Positions 40,137 through 50,553 are shown, counted from the first letter of the stretch. The stretch: 64,000 bases of DNA from an uncultured Candidatus Binatia bacterium (GCA_965218425.1 OZ244621.1:4128001-4192000); one strand, 5' to 3'. A program made the numbers and translations. Notes: a model not told the origin generated them from the sequence alone.

Positions 40137-41264
40137 TCAGTAACTCCACTCATAGTTTTTATCTCGATAGGCCTCATCAGGCATCATGGACTTAAGGTTT
40201 CTTTTTGCTAGTTCTTCTTCGAACTTCTGCCGCACCCATGGTTCTTCGTCCGGATATTCGATCTGGTCGTTTGCCCGGTCCTGCACCTTTTCCGCGTGAC
40301 CAGAGAACTGTGGCAGAGGGTGCAAAGCTAGGTAGCGTCCAGGGGCGCCAGCGACATTGAAGTGCTGGTGAAACCAACGATTCGGCGGGGTGAAGAGACT
40401 TGCCTCGTGCCAGGGGACAACCACCTTTTCGCCCCCTTCCGGCCACATGACGGAATAGCCCTCACCCGAGGGTATTACGATGGCCCTTCCGGGACCGTGG
40501 CGGTGTCCCTTCTTGTATGTCTTTGCGGGAAAGACGGACATGTGACAGGAGGCCTCTGATTCAGCAAATTGGATCCAGACAACATGGCCCCCGGCTCCTC
40601 TTCCCTTAAACGGGTCCAGCCGGTCCCAGGCCCTCATGTCTGGAAAAAAGTTCCCATACCAAACGTTGCGTGCCCCCATGGCGCCATCGGCGTCTGTCAT
40701 GACCTTCGCCTCTGCGTATAGGCTGCCCAGGTCACTGTCGGCGCTTTGGGGCACGGTGTAACCGTTATTGAAGAAGAACGCTGGATCTTCGGTGGCAGAG
40801 AGGGCCACCGGCAGGTAGTTATAGTGCATCAACTTTACCGGCTTGTCTCCCTGGGTATTGCACAACTGATGATGGTAGTGTCGTGGTATCATGAACATGC
40901 TGTGCTTTTGCCACTCGAATGTCTTCTTGGCCCTACCCTCTCCGCTCCAGACGGTAGTTAGGCCACGACCTTCAAGGACGTAAACAATCTCATCGACTCC
41001 CATTTTGAAAGGCGGGAGCGTCTTGCCTGGAGCGATCTCGCTGACCCTGAGCTCGTTCACCCCTTCCATTCCCATGAGCTGCACAAAGGCGGTATTGCAT
41101 TCCCGGTAGGGCCACCATGCCAATTCCAGATCCCTCAAGTCCTCGATGTAATAACCCCGGTAGATCGGCAACCCCTGGGACTCCATCCACCGATCATAGG
41201 GAAATTGCCGTTTTCCGGCGGCAATCGCCCTCCTCGGCATCGCCTCTGTATTAGTCTGCGCCAT
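40137..41264 (-). CDS. Bicupin domain protein
   Basis: DEIVYVLEGRG.T, FEWQ..SMF.IP...HQ, KKGHRHGPG, PPNRWFHQHFN. Confidence 0.85.
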   Translation of the reverse strand: MAQTNTEAMPRRAIAAGKRQFPYDRWMESQGLPIYRGYYIEDLRDLELAWWPYRECNTAFVQLMGMEGVNELRVSEIAPGKTLPPFKMGVDEIVYVLEGRGLTTVWSGEGRAKKTFEWQKHSMFMIPRHYHHQLCNTQGDKPVKLMHYNYLPVALSATEDPAFFFNNGYTVPQSADSDLGSLYAEAKVMTDADGAMGARNVWYGNFFPDMRAWDRLDPFKGRGAGGHVVWIQFAESEASCHMSVFPAKTYKKGHRHGPGRAIVIPSGEGYSVMWPEGGEKVVVPWHEASLFTPPNRWFHQHFNVAGAPGRYLALHPLPQFSGHAEKVQDRANDQIEYPDEEPWVRQKFEEELAKRNLKSMMPDEAYRDKNYEWSY

Positions 41265-41444
41265 AATAGTTCCTCCTCCTGGATAGGTGCTCGATCCTAC
41301 GCCCCATCTTCGGCTCTCGGTGACCCGATCGCCTTGATCAAAGGTTATCGAACTCTAAAACCGGTATTCGTTGAAGTCAAGGCCACTCGGTTTGCGCTCT
41401 CGGTCCGGCGCCCTGGTTGTCTGGGGTCCTGTGCCCATTCCTCT

Positions 41445-42170
41445 TCACGGCAACTCTTTGAGCAGGCGGCCGTAGTTTGCGGCGGGACGGTGTATACCGA
41501 AATGCTTCAATACGCTCCAGATTTTCACCGCCTGGGCATGGACCACGGGGACCTGCAATTCGGCTTCAAGAACCGGGGCTATTTCCATCACCCTCCAACC
41601 ACTTCCAAGCATATAGATCCCCTCCGTATTATTGGCATGTTTTAGAAATGCATCCTTGGCAAAGCTACTGATTTCCTCCTTTGGAACCTCATTGACCTTC
41701 CCGAAAGGAACCTTCATGCCCTCCATGGCCTGCACTTCAAAGCCCGCCTGGGTAAAATAATCGGCAAAGATCTTGTTGAGAGACTCCGGGAAGTAAGTAA
41801 GACCCAGGAAGCTTTTCACACCCAGTGCACGGAAGGCTTCACTCTGGGACCGACCAGCGGTGTAAATGGGAGTCCGGTACTTTGATTCCAGCATCTTTAC
41901 GAAATCTTCCTCTCCCTTGAAGCCATGCACCATCATCGGAGGAGCGCCACCCATGTGTATCATATCCACTTTCTTGCCTGCGAGTTCGGCGACCTTTTGT
42001 TCGTACACCCCTCTGGCTTGACGAAACTCTTCCTCAGTTCCGGAACGGATCCCAACACTGACCTGAATGACGCCGATTTCCCTGGGGAGAAGAGATTTTT
42101 CATAGCCCGCGGATTCACTTCTCCCTGTTGGACTGATGGCGCCCAATACTCGCTTTTGATTTTCAGCCAT
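41445..42170 (-). CDS. Maleate isomerase / arylmalonate decarboxylase family protein, cysteine-free
   Basis: EAFRALGVK..LTYF...N...YF..AGFEV, LEAELQVPVV, YGRLL; no Cys anywhere in the sequence. Confidence 0.8.
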   Translation of the reverse strand: MAENQKRVLGAISPTGRSESAGYEKSLLPREIGVIQVSVGIRSGTEEEFRQARGVYEQKVAELAGKKVDMIHMGGAPPMMVHGFKGEEDFVKMLESKYRTPIYTAGRSQSEAFRALGVKSFLGLTYFPESLNKIFADYFTQAGFEVQAMEGMKVPFGKVNEVPKEEISSFAKDAFLKHANNTEGIYMLGSGWRVMEIAPVLEAELQVPVVHAQAVKIWSVLKHFGIHRPAANYGRLLKELP

Positions 42171-42252
42171 TTTGAATCCTTCCTTCCGGTCTGCTTTTTT
42201 CTGATCGCTTTTTTTCCTCTACGCTTTGTGACTTGCTCTATTTTCGATTCAG

Positions 42253-43296
42253 CTAGATTTCAGTACCTATCCCGGCTACCCGGGCCTTGTCATAGGCCAA
42301 TTTACCCAGTGCCATGAACCCCACGCCCTGGTCACTGTTCTGCTTGAAGAGCGTGATCGCTTTCGGATCGGTTCGGCCGGGTATCTTTCCGGCAACCAGT
42401 GGCCCGAGTTCGCCGATCTCTTCCCATTGGAGAATTCCATTCGTGATGGGCTCGAGCAGGTCACCCTGCTCATCCTGTCTTGCCTGTTGTACCAGAGTTG
42501 CAACGATGAGATCGGCCCGGCGTAACACCTCGTCATCGATTTCCCGCCGCGGCGAAGAAACGAGGCCTTGCTCAAGCAGTTCTTTGTTGCTTCCGACAAT
42601 GGAGGTCACATGCACGCCCCGGCTCAACCACTCTCCGCAAAGAACCGGCACGTTGCTACCGGTGGCGCACACGACGAGGTGGACCCCTAAGGCCGCCATC
42701 TCCGGCCGATCCACGGGCTCTAGTTCAGCTTTGCTGTGCCTCTGCATCAATCTACAAAAGGCGCTACGGTTTTCGGCACTCCGGCTGTAGACCTTGACCT
42801 TCTCAATGGGACGAATGGCCTCCATGGTCATCAGGTGGCGCCGTGCCTGGCGGCCGGTGCCGTAAAGTCCCATGATCCGGGCGTCGGACCGAGCCAGAAA
42901 CTTTGTACCCACAGCACTCGTGAGACTCGTTTCGGTGGCAAAATGGTCCATGGGGCCATCAAAGTCAAAGAGCGGCAATGAACCCACAATGAGTGCCAGC
43001 AACTCGGCGGATTCACTGTCGTAGACAACGTAGACCCTATGTCCGGCGCGCGCATATTGCTGAGCCTCCCGGGTGTAGCTAAAGCGTTCGTAGTGGATGA
43101 AGGTACCGGCGACACCCTGGTTATGGCAGCCTCCTGGATGGATGGTGAGCCTGCGGTCCTCGTGCAGCATTCGGAGGCGGGGAAGGCTGAAATGGGGGAG
43201 CTCTCCTTGACCGCGAAATCCCTGTTCCACAGCAGCGATCGCCTCATCGATAGTGATCAACCCCTTGAGCTTCTCGGCTTTTATGATGAGGGCCAT
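42253..43296 (-). CDS. Ornithine cyclodeaminase / mu-crystallin family
   Basis: KFLAR.D, GTGRQA..H, KVYSR, VCAT, GRT....ITLFK. Confidence 0.85.
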   Translation of the reverse strand: MALIIKAEKLKGLITIDEAIAAVEQGFRGQGELPHFSLPRLRMLHEDRRLTIHPGGCHNQGVAGTFIHYERFSYTREAQQYARAGHRVYVVYDSESAELLALIVGSLPLFDFDGPMDHFATETSLTSAVGTKFLARSDARIMGLYGTGRQARRHLMTMEAIRPIEKVKVYSRSAENRSAFCRLMQRHSKAELEPVDRPEMAALGVHLVVCATGSNVPVLCGEWLSRGVHVTSIVGSNKELLEQGLVSSPRREIDDEVLRRADLIVATLVQQARQDEQGDLLEPITNGILQWEEIGELGPLVAGKIPGRTDPKAITLFKQNSDQGVGFMALGKLAYDKARVAGIGTEI

Positions 43297-43427
43297 TCGT
43301 GCCTCCTCTCAACCTGTTTGACTGTTTTTTTCTGTGCCTTGCCTCTTTCTCTCTGCCTCAACACTTAACACCGTTTCTCCCCTCTTCCACGCCCTATCCC
43401 CTAATCCTATCGCTTTGCGCCATGGGC

Positions 43428-44546
43428 TCAGTCCATCTCGTAATACGAAGCGCAATTGTCCCAAAGGATTTTTCTTTTATCCTCTTCCGGGATGCAAAGC
43501 TGCAAAAACCTCTCCACCGCGTTTGGAAACTTCGAGTCGCCGTGAGGATAATCAGTGGAGAAAACAATGCGATCGCTCCCCATGTAATCGATGACATATC
43601 TCACGGTCTCTTCGTCAGGCTCCACAGAGATATAACACTGCTGTTTGAAATACTCGCTTGGAGCCATCTGCAGGTCCGGCGCCCAAACGTCCCCTTCACG
43701 TTCCCATCCTTCATCCAGTCTCCAAAGCAGCCAGGGTAGCCAGGTACAATTCGCTTCCAGGAAGGCGACGCGCAACTTGCGGTGGCGTGCCAAGACACCG
43801 CCTGCGCAGATGCTTCCCAAAGCCAGCATCTGTTCCATGGGTTGAGCGTAGGTCCGGCGGAGCATGAAGTTTGGCACAAACTGCTCCCCCACATGGTGGG
43901 CTCCGGAACCCGTAGCCTCGTGCAGCCCCAGAGGGATCCGGAGCTCCTCCAGAACGCTCCAAAGAGGCTCGTAGTAGTCGTCGTGCCAGTTATGGTCATT
44001 CATGACGTTGGCTCTGATGAAGACGCCTCGGAAACCCAAATCGGTGGCACAGCGACGCACCTCTGACACGGCGTCTTCGATGGAGAATGGGGATATCATG
44101 GCGCCGCCAAATAACCGGTTGGGGTCGGTCTGGCAAAAATCGTATAACCAGTTGTTATAGGCTCGAGCAATGGCGGCCGCCAACCGAGGCTCCATGTGCG
44201 GTTCGGCCAAGGCGTGCAAGCCACGAGTAGGATACAGCACTGCCTTGTCAATCCCCTCCTGATCCATGGCTTCTAATTGCACCTCTGCCGTCCAACCCCG
44301 TTTTGCATGAGTTCGGTACAGCGTTTGGCTCTTACCAAAGTTATGTCCTCGAGTTACACCGCCGCGCGATTCGGACCCCCACCGTTTCCCATCAGGATGA
44401 ACTAATCCGGCTTCCCTCACGTTCGAACTCGTAAGACCCCGCGGCCCTTGCCCTTTGAATTCAGGATCAATATACCGCTCCCACAGGTGAGGTGGCTCCA
44501 TTACGTGCATGTCACTGTCCAGAACCTTAAAACCCTTCCTTGCCAC
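43428..44546 (-). CDS. Amidohydrolase_2 family
   Basis: LDSDMHVMEP, VLYPT, GLHE, FLEAN, STDYPHGD. GTG 44546 follows AAGGAG. Confidence 0.9.
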   Translation of the reverse strand: MARKGFKVLDSDMHVMEPPHLWERYIDPEFKGQGPRGLTSSNVREAGLVHPDGKRWGSESRGGVTRGHNFGKSQTLYRTHAKRGWTAEVQLEAMDQEGIDKAVLYPTRGLHALAEPHMEPRLAAAIARAYNNWLYDFCQTDPNRLFGGAMISPFSIEDAVSEVRRCATDLGFRGVFIRANVMNDHNWHDDYYEPLWSVLEELRIPLGLHEATGSGAHHVGEQFVPNFMLRRTYAQPMEQMLALGSICAGGVLARHRKLRVAFLEANCTWLPWLLWRLDEGWEREGDVWAPDLQMAPSEYFKQQCYISVEPDEETVRYVIDYMGSDRIVFSTDYPHGDSKFPNAVERFLQLCIPEEDKRKILWDNCASYYEMD

Positions 44547-44640
44547 GATCCCTTCTCCTTTCAGAAACTCAGAAAGCCCCGGGGGCATTGTTCCTATGTC
44601 ACGACGCCTCAATCCCTACAATGAAAATACCGGACATTCA

Positions 44641-44770
44641 ATCTGCGCTCTCCTCTCAGTCTCCTATCAATCCTCTATCCTCGACTCTCGCCTCTCGGTC
44701 CTACCTAGCTGAGAGCTGAAAGCTAATAACTGATAGCTATCCCTACTCAGTCCTCGTTACTCGTACTGCC
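44641..44770 (+). repeat. Intergenic heptamer tract
   Basis: caatcctctatcctcgactct / gctgagagctgaaagctaataactgatagct / actcagtcctcgttactc. Confidence 0.8.
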
Positions 44771-44793
44771 AGCATCGACCTTTGTATCTCAAG

Positions 44794-45666
44794 TCATGGA
44801 GATAGACTCGTTGTTGCGCTGTCTGCCTCTGCCCTTTGGGGTTTCGTGCCGTCCGGGAGTCGCCAGTGCTCCCTTTGCTTGCGGAATGGCAATACTAAAA
44901 GGCTCCCGATCCCGTTATCACCAGTTTGCAAATATGCCGGAACTCCGATCACCAGCTCCGCTTGCCTTATATTGAGTCGCAGGGTTCCGTGGATCCAATC
45001 CCACCAGCGAAAAACCACGGAAAAATTCGAATCCGTCTCTTCCCTAACAGCCGAGTGGTGGATCCCGTGCATGCGCGGCGTAACGATAATCCTGTTGAGC
45101 CATTGCTCGATTCTAATGGGCAAGCGAATGTTGCTGTGATGAAACACAGTGGCGCATTGGAACCCCAATTCGTAAATAACATAATTAAACGGCGATATGC
45201 CCAGGAGCAGGATTTGAAGGATACGGAACCCCGAGGAATAAAGCACCTCCCCGAAGTGAAAGCGAAAGGATGTAGAAACATCCAGGTCGGGGTCCACGTG
45301 GTGAACATTGTGAAACCTCCAGAACAGTGAAAGGACATGATTGACCCGATGCCAATAGTAAAAGGAAAGGTCCATGAGGAAGAAACCAATTATTACTTCA
45401 ACCGGTGCCCATAGATGGAAGAGATTTAACAGGCCAAAGCCGTTTTGTTCGCTCCAGGCCATAAGTTGAAAGACCAACGGCACAATCACAGCGGCTCCGG
45501 TCCCCAGGGCCAATGCCGAGAGGACGGAATTGACCGTGAAGCGTCTTATCCGCGACTGCTTCGGTTGGCGCAGCATGAACCGGGGCTCTAGCGTCCACAG
45601 CGCCAAGAAAACGACGGCAACGACGAAAACCGTGGAGATTTGAAGCCCAGCGACAGAGTCATCCAC
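44794..45666 (-). CDS. Sterol desaturase / fatty acid hydroxylase family
   Basis: His boxes YYWHRVNH, WRFHNVHH, FHHSN, HGIHHS. Confidence 0.9.
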   Translation of the reverse strand: MDDSVAGLQISTVFVVAVVFLALWTLEPRFMLRQPKQSRIRRFTVNSVLSALALGTGAAVIVPLVFQLMAWSEQNGFGLLNLFHLWAPVEVIIGFFLMDLSFYYWHRVNHVLSLFWRFHNVHHVDPDLDVSTSFRFHFGEVLYSSGFRILQILLLGISPFNYVIYELGFQCATVFHHSNIRLPIRIEQWLNRIIVTPRMHGIHHSAVREETDSNFSVVFRWWDWIHGTLRLNIRQAELVIGVPAYLQTGDNGIGSLLVLPFRKQREHWRLPDGTKPQRAEADSATTSLSP

Positions 45667-45748
45667 CAGGGGCCAGCTTAGTCCATTGAATCCATCGAAC
45701 CAACAGTTCCCCCCATGCTCTATTACTCAATTGAATGGTGAAAGCGAG

Positions 45749-45777
45749 TTGACAGGGCTCATGGCTTCTTCTACCAT
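45749..45777 (+). promoter_or_regulatory. sigma70-like promoter of the usp gene
   Basis: TTGACA-N17-TACCAT. Confidence 0.55.
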
Positions 45778-45822
45778 AACCCGATTTGTAAGATTTTCTA
45801 AAGATGAGGGAGCATTTTGATT

Positions 45823-46263
45823 ATGCGTATTCGAAAGATCCTTTTTGCCACCGATTTTTCCTCTGCCTCCCGGCGCGCCCTCGATGCCGCCCTGGATTTG
45901 GCCAAGCAGAACAAGGCGGAACTGACGATTTTCCATTCGCTGATTCCCGCTGTCTTTTACTCGGAGGCAGAAACGGCTGTCTCCCTCTACGCGCAGATTG
46001 AAGCAGACACTCGCAAAAACGCGCAAACCGCGTTGTCGCGCCTCAAAGCCCGGGCCGACAAGGGCAAGATCAAAACACGGACCCAAATGCAAAAGGGATC
46101 TGCCGCCGTTCAGATTCTTCGCGCAGCGAAAAGCCGGCGTGTGGATGTCATTGTCGTTGGGACACAAGGACGCACGGGCCTGTCGAAACTCCTTCTCGGC
46201 AGCGTAGCGTCGCGGGTCATCTCAATGGCCGACCGCCCTGTTCTCACGGTTCCAGGCCGTTAG
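45823..46263 (+). CDS. Universal stress protein
   Basis: ILFATDFS, IVVGTQGRTGL..LLLGSVA..V....RPVLTV. Confidence 0.92.
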   Translation: MRIRKILFATDFSSASRRALDAALDLAKQNKAELTIFHSLIPAVFYSEAETAVSLYAQIEADTRKNAQTALSRLKARADKGKIKTRTQMQKGSAAVQILRAAKSRRVDVIVVGTQGRTGLSKLLLGSVASRVISMADRPVLTVPGR

Positions 46264-46275
46264 AAACCATCGCGC

Positions 46276-46590
46276 TTGGCCCTCCCTTACCCCTGTTTCT
46301 TGGTTGCCGGTAGTTCCGTGGTTTGCGGTCCCCAATTGGTTGCCTTCTGCCCATTGCCTGCTCTCTTTCTTTGTGCCTGTAGTCTGTTGTCAGTACTCCG
46401 AGACTTGTCTGCGCCCAATGCCCTTTACCCCCTGCTCCCTATCATCGAAACTCAACTCCCTAGTCGTAGAACTTTACGCCACGCGCTTTGCTTCTTATCC
46501 CAGGCAATCGTCGATCTTCAATCCTCTATCCTAGATTTTCATTCCTTGTGCCTCAGCACTCAGTCCTGAACGCGCTTTGCTCTTTGCGTT
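46276..46590 (+). repeat. Long intergenic heptamer tract
   Basis: ttgccttctgcccattgcctgct / caatcgtcgatcttcaatcctctatcct / cctcagcactcagtcct / gctttgctctttgcg. Confidence 0.75.
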
Positions 46591-46685
46591 CCAGGCTTTG
46601 GAAGACACTTGACAACCATTGGAATTAGTCATATGGACAGGAATTTCCGGCACATGAGGCGATCTAAGGTCATGGAGGTGATGTC

Positions 46686-47765
46686 ATGAACGTAAAGGTA
46701 CTATTATTGGTTTTATTGCTAGGTACTTTAGTGCCAGCAACTGCCCAGTCATCATGGCAGGAGGAGTGGAAACGAGTCTTGGCAGCGGCTAAGCAGGAGG
46801 GTAAGGTAGCCGTCACCGGACCCACTGGGCCCCAAGCCCGCGATGTCCTCACAGGACCCTTCAAGAAGAAGTACGGCATCAATGTTGAATTCATTGGCGG
46901 ATCCGGGCGTTCGACCTCACCTCGCATCTTGACCGAACGCAGGGCCCGTCACTTCCTGTGGGATGTTTACGTTCACGGCACCACCACGGGCCTGAGTACC
47001 ATGTTGCCTGCGGGGGCGTTTGACCCTCTAGAACCGGCTCTCATCGTACCAGAGGTTACGGATTCCAAGCACTGGCGGGGGGGTGGCATAGAGTTCCTCG
47101 ATAAACGCCGTCAGCTGATGGTGATGACCCTTTCGCAGCGGGCCACAATTTTTATCAATACTAAACTTGCCAGGGTCGAAGATTTTACGTCTTACAAGGA
47201 CCTTCTGAACCCCAAGTGGAAGGGTAAGATTGTCGTGGACGACCCCCGGAAACCCGGTCCGGGCCAGGGTACTTTCCTCTTCCTCTATGAGCATCCGGAA
47301 CTAGGCATGGAATTCATCCGGGCCTTCGCGCGCCAGAAACCTTTGATCCTTAAGAATTACCGACAGGAAGTGGATGTCGTAGCTCAGGGAAAGTTTCCAA
47401 TCCTATTTGGTGGCTGGGAAGTGCCTGTTGAGACCATGATGAAAAAGGGGCTCCCTATCACCATTGTGTATCCCTCCCAACTTCGTGAAGGATCCGACCT
47501 GAGCCCCGTCAACGGCTCTCTGGCACTATTCAACAATGCTCCCCACCCCAATGCGGCGAAGGTATACATCAATTGGATTCTCTCAAAGGAGGGCCAGACC
47601 TTGTTTTCTCGAGCCATGGGCTATATCAGTACTCGGTTGGACGTGCCAACGGACCACTCGCCATGGCGGGTCCCAAAGCCGGGTGCGATCAAGACTTACA
47701 CACAAGAGGCGATGAGGGTAAAGGACAAGCTGGTTCCAATGCTGCAAGACGTGTTCCGTCGCTAG
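46686..47765 (+). CDS. ABC-type extracellular solute-binding protein
   Basis: Signal peptide, AAKQEGKV, LLNPKWKGKI, NAPHPNAAKVYINW.LSKEGQ. Confidence 0.87.
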   Translation: MNVKVLLLVLLLGTLVPATAQSSWQEEWKRVLAAAKQEGKVAVTGPTGPQARDVLTGPFKKKYGINVEFIGGSGRSTSPRILTERRARHFLWDVYVHGTTTGLSTMLPAGAFDPLEPALIVPEVTDSKHWRGGGIEFLDKRRQLMVMTLSQRATIFINTKLARVEDFTSYKDLLNPKWKGKIVVDDPRKPGPGQGTFLFLYEHPELGMEFIRAFARQKPLILKNYRQEVDVVAQGKFPILFGGWEVPVETMMKKGLPITIVYPSQLREGSDLSPVNGSLALFNNAPHPNAAKVYINWILSKEGQTLFSRAMGYISTRLDVPTDHSPWRVPKPGAIKTYTQEAMRVKDKLVPMLQDVFRR

Positions 47766-48038
47766 GCATTGGTGTTGGGCGGCCTATTGATTGCGAAATA
47801 CGAAATTTTATTATTTTCCTTTTCGTTGAGGTCCGTTTCTTCAATGCTAATAAGAATGTGACCAACGTTTTTTTGCTTCTCCATGGTTTTTCTCCTACTG
47901 GAATAAAGGAGCGTCTCTGGATAGCAAAAAGCACCGGCGGCCTTTTGCCTTGTACCGGTGCCTAAGCGCTGCGCGCTACGATATCCCGTGCGCCTCTTCG
48001 TGGAGCCTGTCGATTGTCTGTACTAGGGGGCAACAGGG

Positions 48039-49127
48039 TCACAGCCCATAGAGCCTAGTAGGATTTTCTGAGAGAATTTTTTTCTTGGCCTCCTGGCTGA
48101 TTCCCTCCTGTCTCTGGAACTTCACGATGGCATTTGTTTCGCTGGAGGGGTCCGTATGCCCGTAATCCGTGCCGATCACCAGACTGTGGTCGCCGGAGTA
48201 ACGGAGAATATAGGGAACATCGTCATTTGTCTGGCAGGTGATGAAAATGTTGTATTCTCCAAAGACGTCTTTGGGAAGCTCCCTGCCGGCTACCCTGTAC
48301 CGGTTCACCACCTCATGGTAGATCCACGGGACCCATTGGGCCGAGGCTTCGATGAACCCCCATCGGAGCTTAGGGAATATCGTGGGGAGCTCGCTCATCA
48401 AGACGAAATAGCAACTGAGCACCGTCGGAGCCCGGAACATCGCCACGGTTCCCGAGGGCGCTGAGCGATAAAGTTCGCAATTGTCGGGATTGGCGTTGGC
48501 AATGTGGACGGCAATCGCCATATCGAGGTTGCTGGCTGCTTCGTACAGCGGGTAAAAGTACCGATCTGTTAGATGCCTCTCACCTTCCAGGGGTCGTAGA
48601 CAAACTGCCACCGCACCGTTTTCCTGCGCCTCCTTCATCTGTTCGATCGCCTCGTCCATCAGTGCCGCAGGCACCACGCACGTCCAGCGCAACCGCCCGC
48701 CGCCCTTGCGCCAGACATCACCAAGCCAGCGGTTCCAACTCCTGCACAGGGCGGATTCGACTTCAGGTCGACGCGACACCTGCTCTATCCACAGCGAATT
48801 GTGCATGACCTGGATATCAATCCCCAGCTCATCCATGTGTTTAAGCCTCAGCCCCACATCGTCGAGTTCGCGGGCGGGCTGAGGGGTTTCCACGCTCCTC
48901 CCGGTCTTCTCGGACATCGCCCTCAGTTCCCGGTCACCCAGGGTCTGGGTACGATGACCGCAAATCTCCCCATCCACGACCCAATACCACTTCCCGGGCT
49001 TGTCCGGGTAGGCGCGAAGCGACGGCCGAAATCTTTGTTCCGAGGGCTCCATGAAATCCCATGTGTGCTCGGTTTCTATCACGTGGGCATCCGCATCAAT
49101 TATGGGAGGTCTGTTTGGCAATGGCAT
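48039..49127 (-). CDS. Amidohydrolase_2 family
   Basis: IIDADAHV, IAVH, FIEAS, GTDYGHTD. Same subgroup as 15485 and 53569. Confidence 0.9.
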   Translation of the reverse strand: MPLPNRPPIIDADAHVIETEHTWDFMEPSEQRFRPSLRAYPDKPGKWYWVVDGEICGHRTQTLGDRELRAMSEKTGRSVETPQPARELDDVGLRLKHMDELGIDIQVMHNSLWIEQVSRRPEVESALCRSWNRWLGDVWRKGGGRLRWTCVVPAALMDEAIEQMKEAQENGAVAVCLRPLEGERHLTDRYFYPLYEAASNLDMAIAVHIANANPDNCELYRSAPSGTVAMFRAPTVLSCYFVLMSELPTIFPKLRWGFIEASAQWVPWIYHEVVNRYRVAGRELPKDVFGEYNIFITCQTNDDVPYILRYSGDHSLVIGTDYGHTDPSSETNAIVKFQRQEGISQEAKKKILSENPTRLYGL

Positions 49128-49350
49128 GAAATTTCCCTTTCTCTTTTTGTCTTCAAATGTCTGTGAAAGCTGATTCAAAAAGGTCCATACCGCTTTCGCA
49201 ATTCAGGGATTAATCGGTCCAAAGCAGCTCGCTCTTACGCCTTTTCTGGCCAAAAAAACAAAAACGCCGATATCCGGTCGCCTTGCCTTTGGGCTCTACG
49301 CCATGCCGTTTCCCCCACGCCTCAAGCAGGACTTTGATAACAAGTCACGG

Positions 49351-50553
49351 TCACTTTTTCTTACGCAGAATCTTTGCCAGCTGCCGCGCCAACTTGCGCA
49401 TCTCCGGGTGTTTGGCAACAAAGTCAGCGTCAATTTCTAACATTTCAACGCCTTTCGCTTTCAGGCCTTTCAGCTCCGCCACGGATTGCGACCCGGGCAT
49501 TAAATAATGGTCCGTATCGTAGCTTTCGTAAACAACCCTTTGACCTGCTTCGCTCATGGCCATGTTGATGAACAGCTTTGCTAGGTTCGGATACGCCGAG
49601 TTTCTTGGTAATCCCCAGTAGAAGAAAGAAACCGTGGCCCCGTCCTCTAGGATCACATGCCCAAGCGGCGCACCCTTTGCCCGCTGTTGCCGGACTGCGT
49701 AACTGCCGCAGCCCATGACCATCATGGTGAATTCGCCGCTGGCGATGCGGGAGAGCTCTCCACAACGAATAAGCCCAGCAACATAGGGCGAGAGCTTGCC
49801 CACAAAAGCCTTCATTTTCTCTGGGCTCCAAGTGGAGACAAAAGCAATGTTGTACAACTGCGCGGCAAAGGGTGTTGAGGCGATCTTCCCCTTCCACTTC
49901 GCTTGGAGCACATCCTCAAGTTTCCTAGGCGCTTCGGCAGCGGAAACAAGATTGGTGTTGTATACGACACCCGAGACGAACGTAGCCACCTCTACACCAA
50001 TACTAATGGAAGGAACGAATTTTTTTGTGATGCGCGGCGAGAGCCTAGTAAAATCATAATTTTCCAGCACATCCTTTTTCAGCAGTCGTCCAAAGTGAAT
50101 TTCGGTGCCCAGGAGGATATCCGTTGAGACCGCCTGACCGGCCGCTACTTCTTGGGTGACCTGAGCGACCATCTTGGACATCCTGGGGGCCGGGGTGAAA
50201 TTGACCTTTATGTTCATGTCATACATTCGATTAAAAAGATCTTGGAATAACTTGGCCCCCCTCGCCCCGCCAAAGGACTGCTGGCCCCAGCTCAGATTGA
50301 GCTCGCGCTCGCCCTTGTCGTTGGCAGCTGCAATTAGCCGTTTGACCTCTGTGGAATGCGCGATCCTCGCCGTTCTGTGGGCGGCGGCTAATCTAATCCC
50401 AGAGGGCATTTCTTGATCTCTAGCCCTTCGAACACCATCATTCAGTGCGCCGGCATGCAAACCATAGGGCCACAACCCTGCCAGCGCCAACAGGGTAGCG
50501 ATCCACAATCCATAGAAAAAATTTTTATTCATGCGTGTGCACCCTTCTCTCAT
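49351..50553 (-). CDS. ABC-type extracellular solute-binding protein
   Basis: Signal peptide, VYNTNLV...AP..LEDVL..KWKGKI, YPNLAKLFIN..MSEAGQ. Start may be 50532. Confidence 0.85.
   Translation of the reverse strand: MREGCTRMNKNFFYGLWIATLLALAGLWPYGLHAGALNDGVRRARDQEMPSGIRLAAAHRTARIAHSTEVKRLIAAANDKGERELNLSWGQQSFGGARGAKLFQDLFNRMYDMNIKVNFTPAPRMSKMVAQVTQEVAAGQAVSTDILLGTEIHFGRLLKKDVLENYDFTRLSPRITKKFVPSISIGVEVATFVSGVVYNTNLVSAAEAPRKLEDVLQAKWKGKIASTPFAAQLYNIAFVSTWSPEKMKAFVGKLSPYVAGLIRCGELSRIASGEFTMMVMGCGSYAVRQQRAKGAPLGHVILEDGATVSFFYWGLPRNSAYPNLAKLFINMAMSEAGQRVVYESYDTDHYLMPGSQSVAELKGLKAKGVEMLEIDADFVAKHPEMRKLARQLAKILRKKK

Noticed and set aside
36490..46590. Repeat tracts as CRISPR arrays or integron attC sites
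   Set aside because: No constant repeat with unique spacers, no cas or integrase gene, and no RYYYAAC...GTTRRRY palindromic structure.
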